Positions 37,646-50,000 of a DNA stretch of 64,000 bases are shown here, in pieces. How positions within the stretch are numbered: the stretch's first letter is position 1; each line of letters starts with the position of its first letter. The stretch is from Pseudomonadota bacterium (lineage in GTDB: Bacteria; Pseudomonadota; Alphaproteobacteria; RF32; CAG-239), in NCBI GenBank assembly GCA_918234285.1, contig CAKJXZ020000021.1, positions 1 through 64,000 on the forward strand, in the 5' to 3' direction. The notes below the pieces were generated by a model. It was not told where the DNA came from. It saw only the letters and a list, made by a program, of their open reading frames with translations, and ran no database searches. Position numbers and translations under genes: made by a program.

Positions 37646-37670
37646 AGGTCGTCAGAAATGACGGCCTTTT
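37646..37670 (+). terminator. Terminator, probably the original tRNA terminator
   Basis: AGGTCGTCA-GAAA-TGACGGCCT-TTT. Confidence 0.75.
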
Positions 37671-38037
37671 GCTTTGTTTACAAGGCTTTCGGCTAGTCCG
37701 TGTTGTTCGCATCAAAAAACAGCCTTCCCGACAATTTACACGGACCAATTATAATGACTATCCTTATTTTTCAAGCATTTATGAAATTTCAGCTCCCAAA
37801 TGATATAAATCGGGATTTCGGGATAGCAACAACCTCATTTCCTTGAGGGAAAGAAGTTGTTTATTCAAAATGTGATATAAAATCTATATGTTTGCAGTAA
37901 CTATCTTTGAATTGCTCTTTATCAAAATCTCTGTTTTTTAAAACATCGTATGTATTGATTGCGTCATGCTGGAATAACCATACATCAGGACTGCTTATAT
38001 AGAATCTATCTACATTAGATTATAACATTAAGATTAC

Positions 38038-41000
38038 TCAGTTAGATGCCCATTGGTGGAATAAGCCCTTATTCATATAGCGCTCGGTAATCTTTGTTGC
38101 CACGGACCTCGGTAAGTCTAGGAACATAACCTGTGCAACACCCTGTTCCGCTTTAATGACTTTACATTTAGCCGTAACATTAACGCCCTCAAATGCTATC
38201 GAAAGTTCAACACTATCCCCGACTTTCCAATGATTTTCGTTAACAATGGTAGCACCCTCCCTATGCAATCTTAAGATTTTTACGCTCGATTTCAGGTCTT
38301 TATCGCCCGTAACATCATAACCGTAACCCATATTGTTGTTTAAGGCATAATCAACTTCCGGTTCGTTAGAGTTCGCCGGAATCAAATCACTTAAGTCATT
38401 TTCATCCATAAATTCTCTGCCGAATATAAGACCGTTATTGGTTTCGTTGCCCAGGCTGTAGGTGGTCAAATCCCCGTCTCTGAGTATAATCTGGCCGGCC
38501 ATAATCAAGTTACCGAACACGTCTTGTTGATTTAGGCTCAGATTGCCTTTATCTATATGAATTTGAGAACCTTTTGCCAACAATAAATCGCCTTCACGGG
38601 CTGTCATTGAAACATCTCCGTCAACGCTGTGTATTTTGCCGAAAAGAGATATTCCGTCTGAGCCGTATAGATTGGTGTTACCTTTTTTATTGGTGATATT
38701 GCCGTAGATATTCAGCGCTCCGTTTTGAGTGTTGGCAATATCAATCAGTCCGCCGGCCGTTATTGCATCGTATGTTTGATGTTTGGCTATATCAATACCG
38801 TTCTTTGCTTTCACGGTCAATTCACCGTCTTCTGACGGAGTACCGGTCTTAGCGTCAATACCATTGACTATCTTACCGTTTAGGGCAACTTTGCCTTCTG
38901 ATATAATGTCGGTCTTGGCCTTAATAATCTTCTGGGTGGTTAAATTTGCCTCTGAAGTTGCTCCGCCTGCAACGAAATATACGCCGTCAATTGACGTATT
39001 GACAATATCACCAACAATCAAAGGTTTATCGGTTTTGTTATTTATTTCTATAGCCTGAGGACCGGTAGAAACAGTCATTACGCCTTTAACCGTGCCTTTG
39101 TTTGCCACGATTTTGATACCGTTGTCGGCCTTAAGTTCCGGTAAGTTGTATACATATATCTGACCGTTTTTATAAATGGCCTTGATATTTCCTTTTATCA
39201 CGCCGTCGTTTAAGTTAAAACTTAAGCGGTTTCCGCCCAAGTCGAGGAGATTTTTTTCACCGGTTGTCGGATCAACAATCAGATTTTCTTCTTTCAGCAT
39301 ATTATCCGTGATTTTAATGCCTCGCAAAGAATATCCTGTCTGAATATTTGAACCCGATTTAATATCAACTTCATCAGCAGTTATGTTCAGACCGTCGGCG
39401 GCGAAAATTTTACTGCCCGCATTCAGAGTGAATTTTGCATTATTTTCATCATTATGTGTTTCAATATCAATCTGTCCGTTTGTTGCAAACAAATTCAAAT
39501 TGCCCGTATCTATATTGCTGCTTTGAATAGCAATATTACCGCTTTCGTTAAGGATATTCAGCACTCCGGTATTTATGTCTCCGTTAATCGTAATATCCGA
39601 TGCAACGGTCGAATTCGGAATATCAAGCGTATCGGCAAGCGGATGATTATTGTCGTAATAGTTGTTTATGGTTGTTCCGACAAATTTCGTATTGCTTACG
39701 GTAAAGTGAACACCTGTTGTCGGGAGACTGTCAAATGAAGGGCGTTCATTATTCTGCTTCCATATACTTGAACTGCCATAGAAATATTCATTTGCCTTCT
39801 GCCCGCTTATTGCCTGCGGTTTATTAGCAAATTCGGTTTGCTCCTTATCATTAATAATCAAACTGCTGTTTGCGGTTTCCGTGTTGATATTTATGTCGTT
39901 AAATACCAGTGAACGAGTAGAATAATTATCTATTTGCAAACCGGATTTGGCTATATCAAATACCCCGTTACCCGTGATATTTGCATTGGTTAACCCGTGA
40001 ACATTTATCTCGGCACCGTTAGGATTGATACGAATATCATTGAAGACCAGCGAATAATCTTCACCGGAATAACTGTATTCATCAGCCGGTGTTTCCCATA
40101 TGGCATTATATTCGGCCGTAAGTTTTGCTCTTTCGTCTCGCAAATCCTCCAACAGGGCTGTACCATTGGCTTTTATGTATTGAATTGATTTAATTTGGTT
40201 TGCAATATCTTCTATTTTGCTGTTCAAATCAAGCATATTCTTGCAAGATTGAGCCGCACCTTCTCCGGTTGGGTTTAGGGCGGCAAGGTAGGTTATACCG
40301 TCTTTACCGATATATTTTGCAAAGCCGTGTGGCGTAATCGACAGTCTGTTCTTAACATCGCTGTATCCCTTCACAATATTGTTTTTCTGGGCATTTGAGA
40401 AGCCATAATCAGATGCGTTCAAAAACTCCGCCATTGTAAGATTTGGATTATTGTTAAGCGCAGTGGTATAATCCTGCATCAGCGTATTGTATTCAGCCTG
40501 GGTTATTTTGCTGGCATATCCCGGATCTGTATTGGTTTGTCGGACACACCCCATGTCTTTTTGCATTTTCAAATCAAAAGCACTAATTCCGGCATAAATT
40601 CCGCTGTTACCGGTTTTGGACTCAAGCAAAACCGCACCGTTTTCGATAAAAGCAGTAAGCTCATTAAGGGTTGCCTCGGCATCGGCTTTTTGCTGATTAA
40701 GCTTGGCGACCAGAGTATTATAATTTGCTATTGTATTTTCATACTCGTTAATCGTTCCGTTAACATTTTCCAATTCAATATCAATCTCAGACAGTCTTTG
40801 TTCTTTGAATTTTGCGCCGTCAACAAATTTTCCGTCGTTTAAGACATAATCGCTGTCAGAAAAACTCTTAAGCGTTGTTTTATCAATTGTTCCGTCACGA
40901 TTTATCTTCATATATTTTGTGTTGCTTAGCGCGGCGGTGATGTTGCCGTCGTTATTCAGAGAATAATTGCTTTGCAAATCATATTTTGACGATTGACCGC

Positions 41001-44000
41001 TATCTGTTATAACTCCCCAACCGCTTTTGGTTACCCAATAAATTACGGAATTGGTTTCGCCTGTACCGTTTGAATAGTTAATATCAATATCTTTGCCCGA
41101 TGTAATATCAGCATTCGCTTTGTTATCGAGTTTATTATTAATTGTTCTGGTTAATTTGCCGTCTTCTGCGGTAGTCGCAATTGCAGCTCGGCTCACGGCT
41201 TGGGCAAACTGAGTTAACGTGTTTGTCGAACTGTTCATGAAATTAATATCCATCAAATTACCGGCTTGCAGAGTTCCGCTGTTTTCAAGCGTGTTATTAA
41301 CCGTCAAATCAAGATACGATTTTGCCACCGGTTCACCTCCGATATTTACCACATCGGAAACCACGCGTGACACCAAGGTATTCGAGGAATTAAAATCAAT
41401 TTCAAGTTCATTATTTGCCAATATTGTTGATTTGTTGTCGATGGTAATTTTGTTGTTATTGGTTACATTCAAGTTTGATGTTCCTTTGGCAACGGAAACA
41501 AATCCGTCTGCCTCATTTTCTATTTTTTGTTTGAAGTACGAACCTGTAATCGCTTCAAGAACCGCATTGTGTGTTGCTTCCAATGCCGAATTTTGAATAT
41601 TTATCTCACTTGTATTCGTAATGTTATTGGTAACGTTGATAGCTCCGATGGCCACAAAACCTCCCGTATCCCCCGTGTAACTTATATCTTTCAAATCCTT
41701 TGCGGTTACGCTGGAATCTGCCTGCAATTTTAAATCTTTTGCTTTTATGTTTGAATTTTTAATATTTATTTTGGCACTCGACGAATAACTATTATTTGCC
41801 TTGTCGCCCACATACGAAATAAATAATCCGCCGCCGGCATTTGAAGCGTTATCTTCAATAGCGGTTGTGTCCTGAGTAAGTATATTAAAATCAGATTGCG
41901 AATTAATATCAGCGTTTTCAACATTTGTTTCTGTTGAGGTATTAAATGTTGAGGTTGCAGAAGTATCCGAGACATTGATAAATCCGCCCGAACCGTCGGT
42001 AGTTTTTACCTGATAAGTGTTAATGGATCTGTTATTTATGAAAAATCTGTTTTTGCCCTGTTTATCATCTGTTGTTAAATTGATGAGATTTAAGGTTGAT
42101 TTTCCTTTAAGGTTATTGGACATACCTGTATCGGCAATATTAATAAGTCCGCCGGTTCCCGACGTTTTATCAAGTTTGGCATTTCTTATTGTGTCGATAT
42201 TGATATTGATGTTATTATCCTTAACATTGAAGTTACCGCCGATATTGGCAAAGGTGTCCGCTTCCATATCGCTGTCAACTCTTATTCTTGAACCGGCAAC
42301 CAACAAACCGAGATTAAATGCCTTTAAGTCCGCTTCAGTGGTGGCGTTATGCTTTAAGTTAATATGAGACGGAGTAATAATGGTATTATTGCCGCCGACA
42401 TCGAGTGTCATCTTGCTTTTATCGGTTGCTGCGGCCGCAACTGCATACACTCCGGCTACGGTTACCTTTGTGCCGTTGGCATCGGCTTTGGCTTTGGAAT
42501 TTAAGTATTGATCTATATTCAACTTGTTTGAAGTATGGTTTTTAACCTTTAATACGGTAGCCGATGTTGCATTAGTTTTGGCATTGGCAAATGTTCCCGT
42601 ATATATACCTGCAAGTTGAACGGAAACATCGTGCGTTCTGCCGTATGCCGACACATCTTTTTGATTGTTTCCTCTGGCGGTTATAATATTGGTTGTGCCC
42701 GTATTTTTCAAAGTGAGTCCGTCTAAACTGTCAATACCGGATTTGAAATAAGCGTTCATAAATGCACCGGAATCATTATATTCGGCAACGCTTATGGCCT
42801 TAACCGAAACAATGTTTGACCTTGCGGTTACGCTCATATTGTCGTAATCGGTTATGATATCAAGACCGTTTGTCTTGATTGCTCCGTTAACATTTTCAAT
42901 AATCGCTTTAGATATTGTATTGGCGGTTGCATCGTTTTTCATAACCGAAACAAGGCTTGCGCCGGCAATCGGAACCGACAGTTTCAGCGATTGCAAATCC
43001 GTATCAACCGTTGAATGAAGGATTAATTTATCCTTGGCATTAATATTGGTATTGCCGGTGATAAGCGAAACCGTTTTATTGGTATCGTTCGCTTCAACCA
43101 AATCCACATTTACCACACTGCCGATAGCACCTGCAATATGAGTGGTATCAATTGTTGCATGGCTCTTTGATTTTGAATTAACACCTATGCTGTGAGCATT
43201 AACCGTTGCATCTCTAATCTGCGCCAATGTTTCGGAAGAATTCTCGTATATATCCGAACCGCCGGAAACTTGCAAGCCTGACACCTCCGCTCTCATATTC
43301 GTCATTTTAACCTTTGAAGCTGATTCGGCTTTCAGTGCAACATCGCCGTCTGTGCTTTCAACTTTTCCGCCTTTGATTTCCGCAATGGTATTATTGGCTA
43401 TTTGCACATCTCTGACTCCGACGCTGGCCGAACCAAGCGCTCCGACCAAAGTGAAGCTATTTAAATCCAACTCATCGGTCAGAACATCTTTTCCGTTCTG
43501 TTTAGCCAAACCTCTTATGCGGCTTTTAGCGTTGATATTGGTATCAAGTGCGGTCTTAATATTACCGTTGACGCTTGAAATTGCACCGGTTTGCAGATTG
43601 TTGCTTGGTGTCGTCGGTGTTGGTAAGCCTTGCGGAATCATTGAAAAGGCCGTATTCAGATACTTCTTAACATCGCTGACTTGCTCGGCCTTAGAATATG
43701 TATTTGTCTTCTGACCGATTTTTATGACCTGAACATCAATCGGAACCGCCGCCAGTCCTAAGGATAAATCTACCTGCGTGTTATCAAGTGCATTGGTAAG
43801 TTCCGAATTCATATTTACGGAACCGGCGTTAACTTGTCCGGCGGTTGCCGATAAAATCTCTGATTTTACCAGATTATTCGCATTGTATAAATTGATATTC
43901 AGACCTACGGTTCCACCCAAACCGGCAAGACTTCCCATAACAACGCTGTTTCTTGCTGCCGCCGTATCATTTGATTTTACATCTAAATTGCGCTCAACAT

Positions 44001-47000
44001 TCAATGTCTTTGATTTGGTGTCAACATAAGAACGTGTTGTTGAGTTAATATCATTAACCAAGGCGTTTGCCGCCAAACCCGCACCCTGACCGGTAACAAT
44101 CAGACCGAAGTTGATGTTGTTTGTTCGTCTGTCTGAATTTGCTATAACTTCAAGAGAGCCTATCTCTGCGGATTTTGTATTACCAACATATGATGTTACG
44201 GAATTTGTAAAATCATTTTTAATCACATTGACAATGGCGCTGGCTCCCTGTCCGGCAAGAGCGGCGGCAATGGCATTATTGTCGAAGCTGTCGGTTTTAT
44301 CCTTATTGGTATTGATGCTGATAACGTCGGCATTTTCAATTTCAGAGTTCTTTATTCCGGCTTCAAGGGTTGTATCAACATTGTTTAATAAGGCATTGAC
44401 CGTAATACTTGCGCCCTGTGCCGCGGCACTTCCGCCCACAACCCAGTTATTGGCATTAATGACCGAATTGGCATCAATATCTAAGTTTTGCTTTGTATCT
44501 ATCACCGCATTATCAATATAAGATTTGATATTGCCCGTATAGTCATTCTTAATGGCAACCCCAACACCGGCAAAACCTTTGGCCACACCGGCAACACCGG
44601 CCGAAACATCTAAAGAGTCAATTTTGCTTTGTGCCTTCAGTGCAATCGCCGCATCTTTGAGGTTAGCCTTTTTGACAGCGGCTTCAACCGTGGCATCATA
44701 GGTGTTAACAATCGGATTGACATCCAGAACCATATTTGATGCGCCACCGCCCGATACCACAATGTGCGCGGCATTTATGTCCTCATTTGCATTAAGATTG
44801 ATATTTCCGGCATAAATTTCTTTATTTTTTGTTTGGTTATCAATTACGGCAAAAACCTTATCTTCAACATCATTTATGGCAATATTGGCGTTAATAGAGC
44901 CTTTTATGGCGCCCGAACCGGTAATCAATATTTGATGATTATCTTTTTTGTTGGCTGCATCCACCGTAAGATTATTAATTATATCCAGTTCCGAACCATT
45001 GCCGATTAAAGCGCTGGTTGTCGATTTATCTTTGGTATAAAGCACCGACAAACCGGCCGCACCTTTGAGCGAACCGCTGATTGTGCCGGCAATGATATTT
45101 TTGATTGAATAGTCATCAGCCAAAACATATAAGTTATCGGCCTTAATTGCGGAATTGGAAATCTCTGCGGTTACAAAATTTGCAATAACTTTGCCGATAC
45201 CGGCACCGGCCACGGCGATATTTGAGCCGCCGGCAACATCAAAAAACATATTCCAGTTCACAAAATCACTGTCTTGGTCTAAGGCAACACTGTTTTTCAT
45301 TTGCAAACCGTCATACAAACCGTTGGCATCTTTGTGAAGCAATTTTTCTCGGTATTCTTTACTTGTTACATCATCTCTTGAGTATTGATTATTATCATTT
45401 TTGGTACCGCCCAACGAATTAACGGAAGCCGCCGTTGCGGTAACATCACCACGAGCATTAACATTAGCATTGATTATTTTTGCTTCAACGGTTTTAGTCA
45501 GCTTATCAACGTTAACCGAGCCGGCAATGACTGTTGCGGCTTCTTGGCTTGCGGCCGCGCTGACAGTTGCCCCACGCGTGTAAATTGTTGTTTCATCATA
45601 TGCGGCAACATTAAGGCCGTTTATAAAGTTAGTGCTTCTGCCAATTCCGAAGTTACCCGAAACATATGCTTTTACGGCATTATCAACCAAATTAACATTA
45701 ACGTTGGCGGCCGCCATTAAATATGAACCGCCGGTTGAAACGGCCGCGCCGGCCAAAATGTTATTGACCTTTTCGGTTGACGTTGCCGCAACATTTATAT
45801 CTTTTGCCCGCAAAATATCGGTTTGTTGATCGGTTACAGGAACCAAATTGACGCCAACCTTATATGAATCGCCGATTTCTGCCGTTACATCGTTTGCAAA
45901 TAAATTGATAACAACATCTCCGTTAACCCCGGCTCCGCTACCGGTCGTTAAAATATCAATCGTACCCGCGGCATCAAGGTTATTACTGTTTGAATTTGCT
46001 TTAACCGTAATGTCTTTCTTTGCCGTTATGGTTGAGCCCATAATTTTGGCTTTAACCGTGTCATGAACATAGTTGATATCGGCGCTGCCGTCAAAAGCCC
46101 AACCTGTTTCGGCACCGGTAACCAAAGAACCGGCAATTGCAAAATCGTTCATATTGTTATCGGCATCGGCCAAAACACTTAAATTGTTTATATTTTCCAA
46201 GGTTGAATTGGCAATATAGGCGGATATATTATTTTTGATATTATTATAATTTACGGCCGCCCCTGCGCCCACGCCATTTGCATCGTTTCCGGAGAGATAA
46301 GCACCGCCGCCGGCAATATTATAAACATCTACTTTATTTTTGGCCTTTATATCAACATCAACATTTTTGGCATAATCGTCAGTTCCAATGGAGGAATTTT
46401 CAATTGCCGCCACAATTTCCGGTTCTAACGTATTAATATTCAAAGAACCGCCGACCGCAGATTGAAAACCTTGGTTTTCTTCATCACTGTTAACGGAAGC
46501 GCTGGCACCGATTGAAATATTAAGTAGCCAATTCTTGTTATCGGCATTCACAACCAATTGGGAATTACTGTCCGCAAATTCAATATCTGTATCGTTGATT
46601 AGGGATTTTACCGAACCGGATTGATTATTATAGGAAACAGCGGCACCGGCACCGTTTTTGTTTGACTTTGCAACTGCCCCGCCGAGCAGAATATTTTTCG
46701 CCTCCCTCACAGCATTAATTTCTAAGTCTTTTCCGATAGTTAATTCAGAATCATTAACCGAAGCTTCAACTTTTGTATCATCTTGCGTAATATCAACCGC
46801 TCCAGCAACAGAAAGGGAAAACTGGTCTAATATTTTATCTATAATACTATCATCATCGTCATCTTCGTTGTTATTATTTTTTTTCTTTTTCAGTAATTCC
46901 TTAAAATAGTTTTCATCATCGACACTTACGTCACCGTCATCATCTTTAGGCGCCTCTGATATGGAATTATCAACAGATTTATTATCTGCTTTATCTTGGG

Positions 47001-50000
47001 CATTATCTATATTTTGCGGAACATTTCCGGCATCTTGTTGCTTTTGTTTGACTCCTCCCGAAAATGCAGCGGCGCCTTCAATATCAACTTTCTGATTATA
47101 AGTAGTGGCATTAATGGCCAAATTTGTTGCCTCAATATCAGAGTTTTCTATGGTTGCTCTGACATTGCGGTCAATTGAAGTTGTGTTTACACTTGCACCG
47201 ACGGCTATGCCTGAAGAACTTTGTTCGCCGTTTTCAACTTCTTCCTTTTGTTGCGCCAAGGAACCCTGAACAATTATGTTGGTGATTTCATCTTTAGCTT
47301 CTCTCGGATAGGTTATTGCAGGATCAACTTGCTGTTCTTTTTCCTCCGGAGTTAACTCTCTTTGTTGTTTCCACTTTATCTCATCGGTTTTATCATCTCT
47401 TTTGAGGTTCCCACCGGTTGTTCTGATTGTTGCTTTTCCGGCATTTACTTCAATATTATCGGCAACAACCGTATGGTTGTCTTTAATATTTGATATCTTG
47501 GCAATGGTATCTCCGCTGATTTTTTGAATATGAATAGAGCCGTCAACCCCGATTTTTTCCGATTTACCGCCGGTTATAATGATGTTCATATACGACTGCT
47601 CGGTTGCACTGTCAACGTTTATATTGCCATCTTCGGCTTTAACCGTTGAGTTATCAATCATGGCTGTTGCATGATTGGTATAGTTATCAAACACAAAATT
47701 GGCTCCGATACCGGCTTTACCGCCCTCAACAGTCGGCTCATATTCCCAGTCCTGTTGTCCCGGAAGTTTATAGTTGAGTTTTTTTATTAAAATATCAACG
47801 AGTCCGGCGCCGTTATATCCGATAACTGAATTAACCGCATTAACATCAACATCGCCATTTGCTGTTATATCAGAATTGTTTTGAATTGCCGCCATTGTGT
47901 TTGTGTTAACTTCATTATAAACAACTGCCGCCGAAGCCGATGCGGTGCCGCCAACCGAATTTGTTTGGGCAAGGTTATTAAAGAAACCCGCCATTTTAAA
48001 TTTCGGTTTCAGACCGGAATAGCTTGCCATAATATTTTGTTCGGCTAATCCGGATAATTCAAAAACAGGTGCTGTATCATCGGCTTTCGGTGTAGCCGGA
48101 GAAACACTCCATTTTCCATTAGCTTCGGAAGCAAATCTGCCGCCCACAAAAAAGCTGTCCATCCCCATAATCTTGAAAGGAAACCGCATTCCGAAAGTAA
48201 GACTTCCGACATTCATCGGCAATTCAGTGGTCGCGTCAACCGTAACATTTTCTGCCTCTATTTTTGACTCATCAATAAGAGCATTAGTCGTGTTATTTTG
48301 TTCACTTAAGACAAGAGCAACCGAAACACCGAACTTGGCTTCGCCTTGCGTATCCGATGTAGCGGTATTAGTCAGCAAATCAACGGTGTTTGCTCTGACT
48401 GTTACGTCACCGTCCGCCTTAACATCGGAATTTTCAATTGTTGCGGTTGTATTATTATTGGTATTGTTGTGAACAACGGCACCGCCGAGTTCAAGCATTG
48501 CATTGTCGCCTTCTTCGCCAACAACAGGTGTTTTGCCTTTTATTTTGTTGAATATATTAAGTTTGAAGAATTTACCTTGCAATTCCTTTAATTTTTTATT
48601 CATTGCGGCATCAAAGGTTTTCGGTTTTTGCACCATCATATCAAGAACGCTGCCGTCGGGGGCGTTTTCGGTTTTATGCAAACTTTGCGCCAGAACGGTC
48701 GTATCTTCCGCGGTTGTAATTTCGCTGTCTTTTATACGAGCGGTTACGTTATTATTTGAACGATTTAATACAACGCCGGCCGAAGATGCACTGTTGGCGC
48801 CATCATCAGGTTTATTCGGGTCTTTTTCGCCGGCAACTGCTTCCATGGAAATTTCCGCGTAACTGTCGGATAAATTTGTGGCAAACACGCTCAAATTGTC
48901 GGCCTCAACCGTTGATTTTATGATTGATGCTTCGGTATCGGTTTTAACCGTATTGTTTAAGAACATCAAAAAGAAACCTTCTTCCAGCTTTATCGAAAAA
49001 AGGCTGTCCGAGGTGATAACCGTTGAATTTTCGTTTGTGGAAACGGCGGTTACATCAATATCGCCGTTAACAGCGTTCAAAACAGAATCTTTGACGATTG
49101 CTTTTGACACCGTTTCGGTGCCAACCGCGTAAATACCGACCGGCAATATAAAGGCCAGCAATCTGTTATTGGCATCTAAACTTGATGAAGCCTCGGTTGA
49201 TATTTCAATATTTTTAGCAGCATCTCCAACGGCATTAATGGTGGAACCTTCAACATTAACAATCGCCGAACTTTTGGCTCCCTCAAAATGTTTATAAATC
49301 TCAGAACTGAAATATTCTGCAAAATAAGAATCTCCGCTGAATATGTAATCAATTATCGTCGGGGTTAAAAAGTTTGCATTTTCGCTGGTTTCACTTGACG
49401 CTTCAGCATGAATGAAAACGGATAAATCAGGATTTTCCGCATCAGACGCCGTTGCTTTTAAGGCATTTATAATTGAATACCTTACATTTACTTCAGCTTC
49501 GGCTTTACCGGCCACTCCCCAAAGCGAAGTTACGGGAGGAACATCAGAATCCGGCGATAAAACAAGATCTTCCAGAGTGTTGATAATAAATTCAACATCA
49601 TCAACCGGATTGGCGGCATCAAAATTCTTTTTCTGTGTGGCTGTTGCAACCAAAGAAACCGTATCTCCCGTTATATTGGAATTTACAACATTAACGCTGG
49701 CTTTTGTCAAATCCACTTTTTGTTGTCTGTCCACCTCTGAGTTTGCGGAAATATCAATTTCATTGGCACCGATATCGGCCTGATTAATATCCACTTTGGT
49801 TGTTAATTGTTTGTCATTTCCCGAATCAAAGCCATATCTTTTATTGGCTACAATCTTTATCTTTCCGCCTTCAAGACTAAAATTTTCGGCATCTTTTATA
49901 TTATTTTGCACCAAACTGTCAAAAACTTGTTTGGCTTGCTGCTGTGTCATAACCTTTTTTGGGTTCTTCACGCCGGCAACAATTCCGGCTCTGGCACCGT

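Noticed and set aside
37650-37663. Fourth DriD box (CGTCA-GAAA-TGACG)
   Set aside because: The spacer is 4 rather than 5 nt and the sequence is the stem of a terminator.
37750-38030. Possible gene remnant between attR and the giant gene
   Set aside because: Short interrupted minus-strand frames with no recognisable family, so not supportable.
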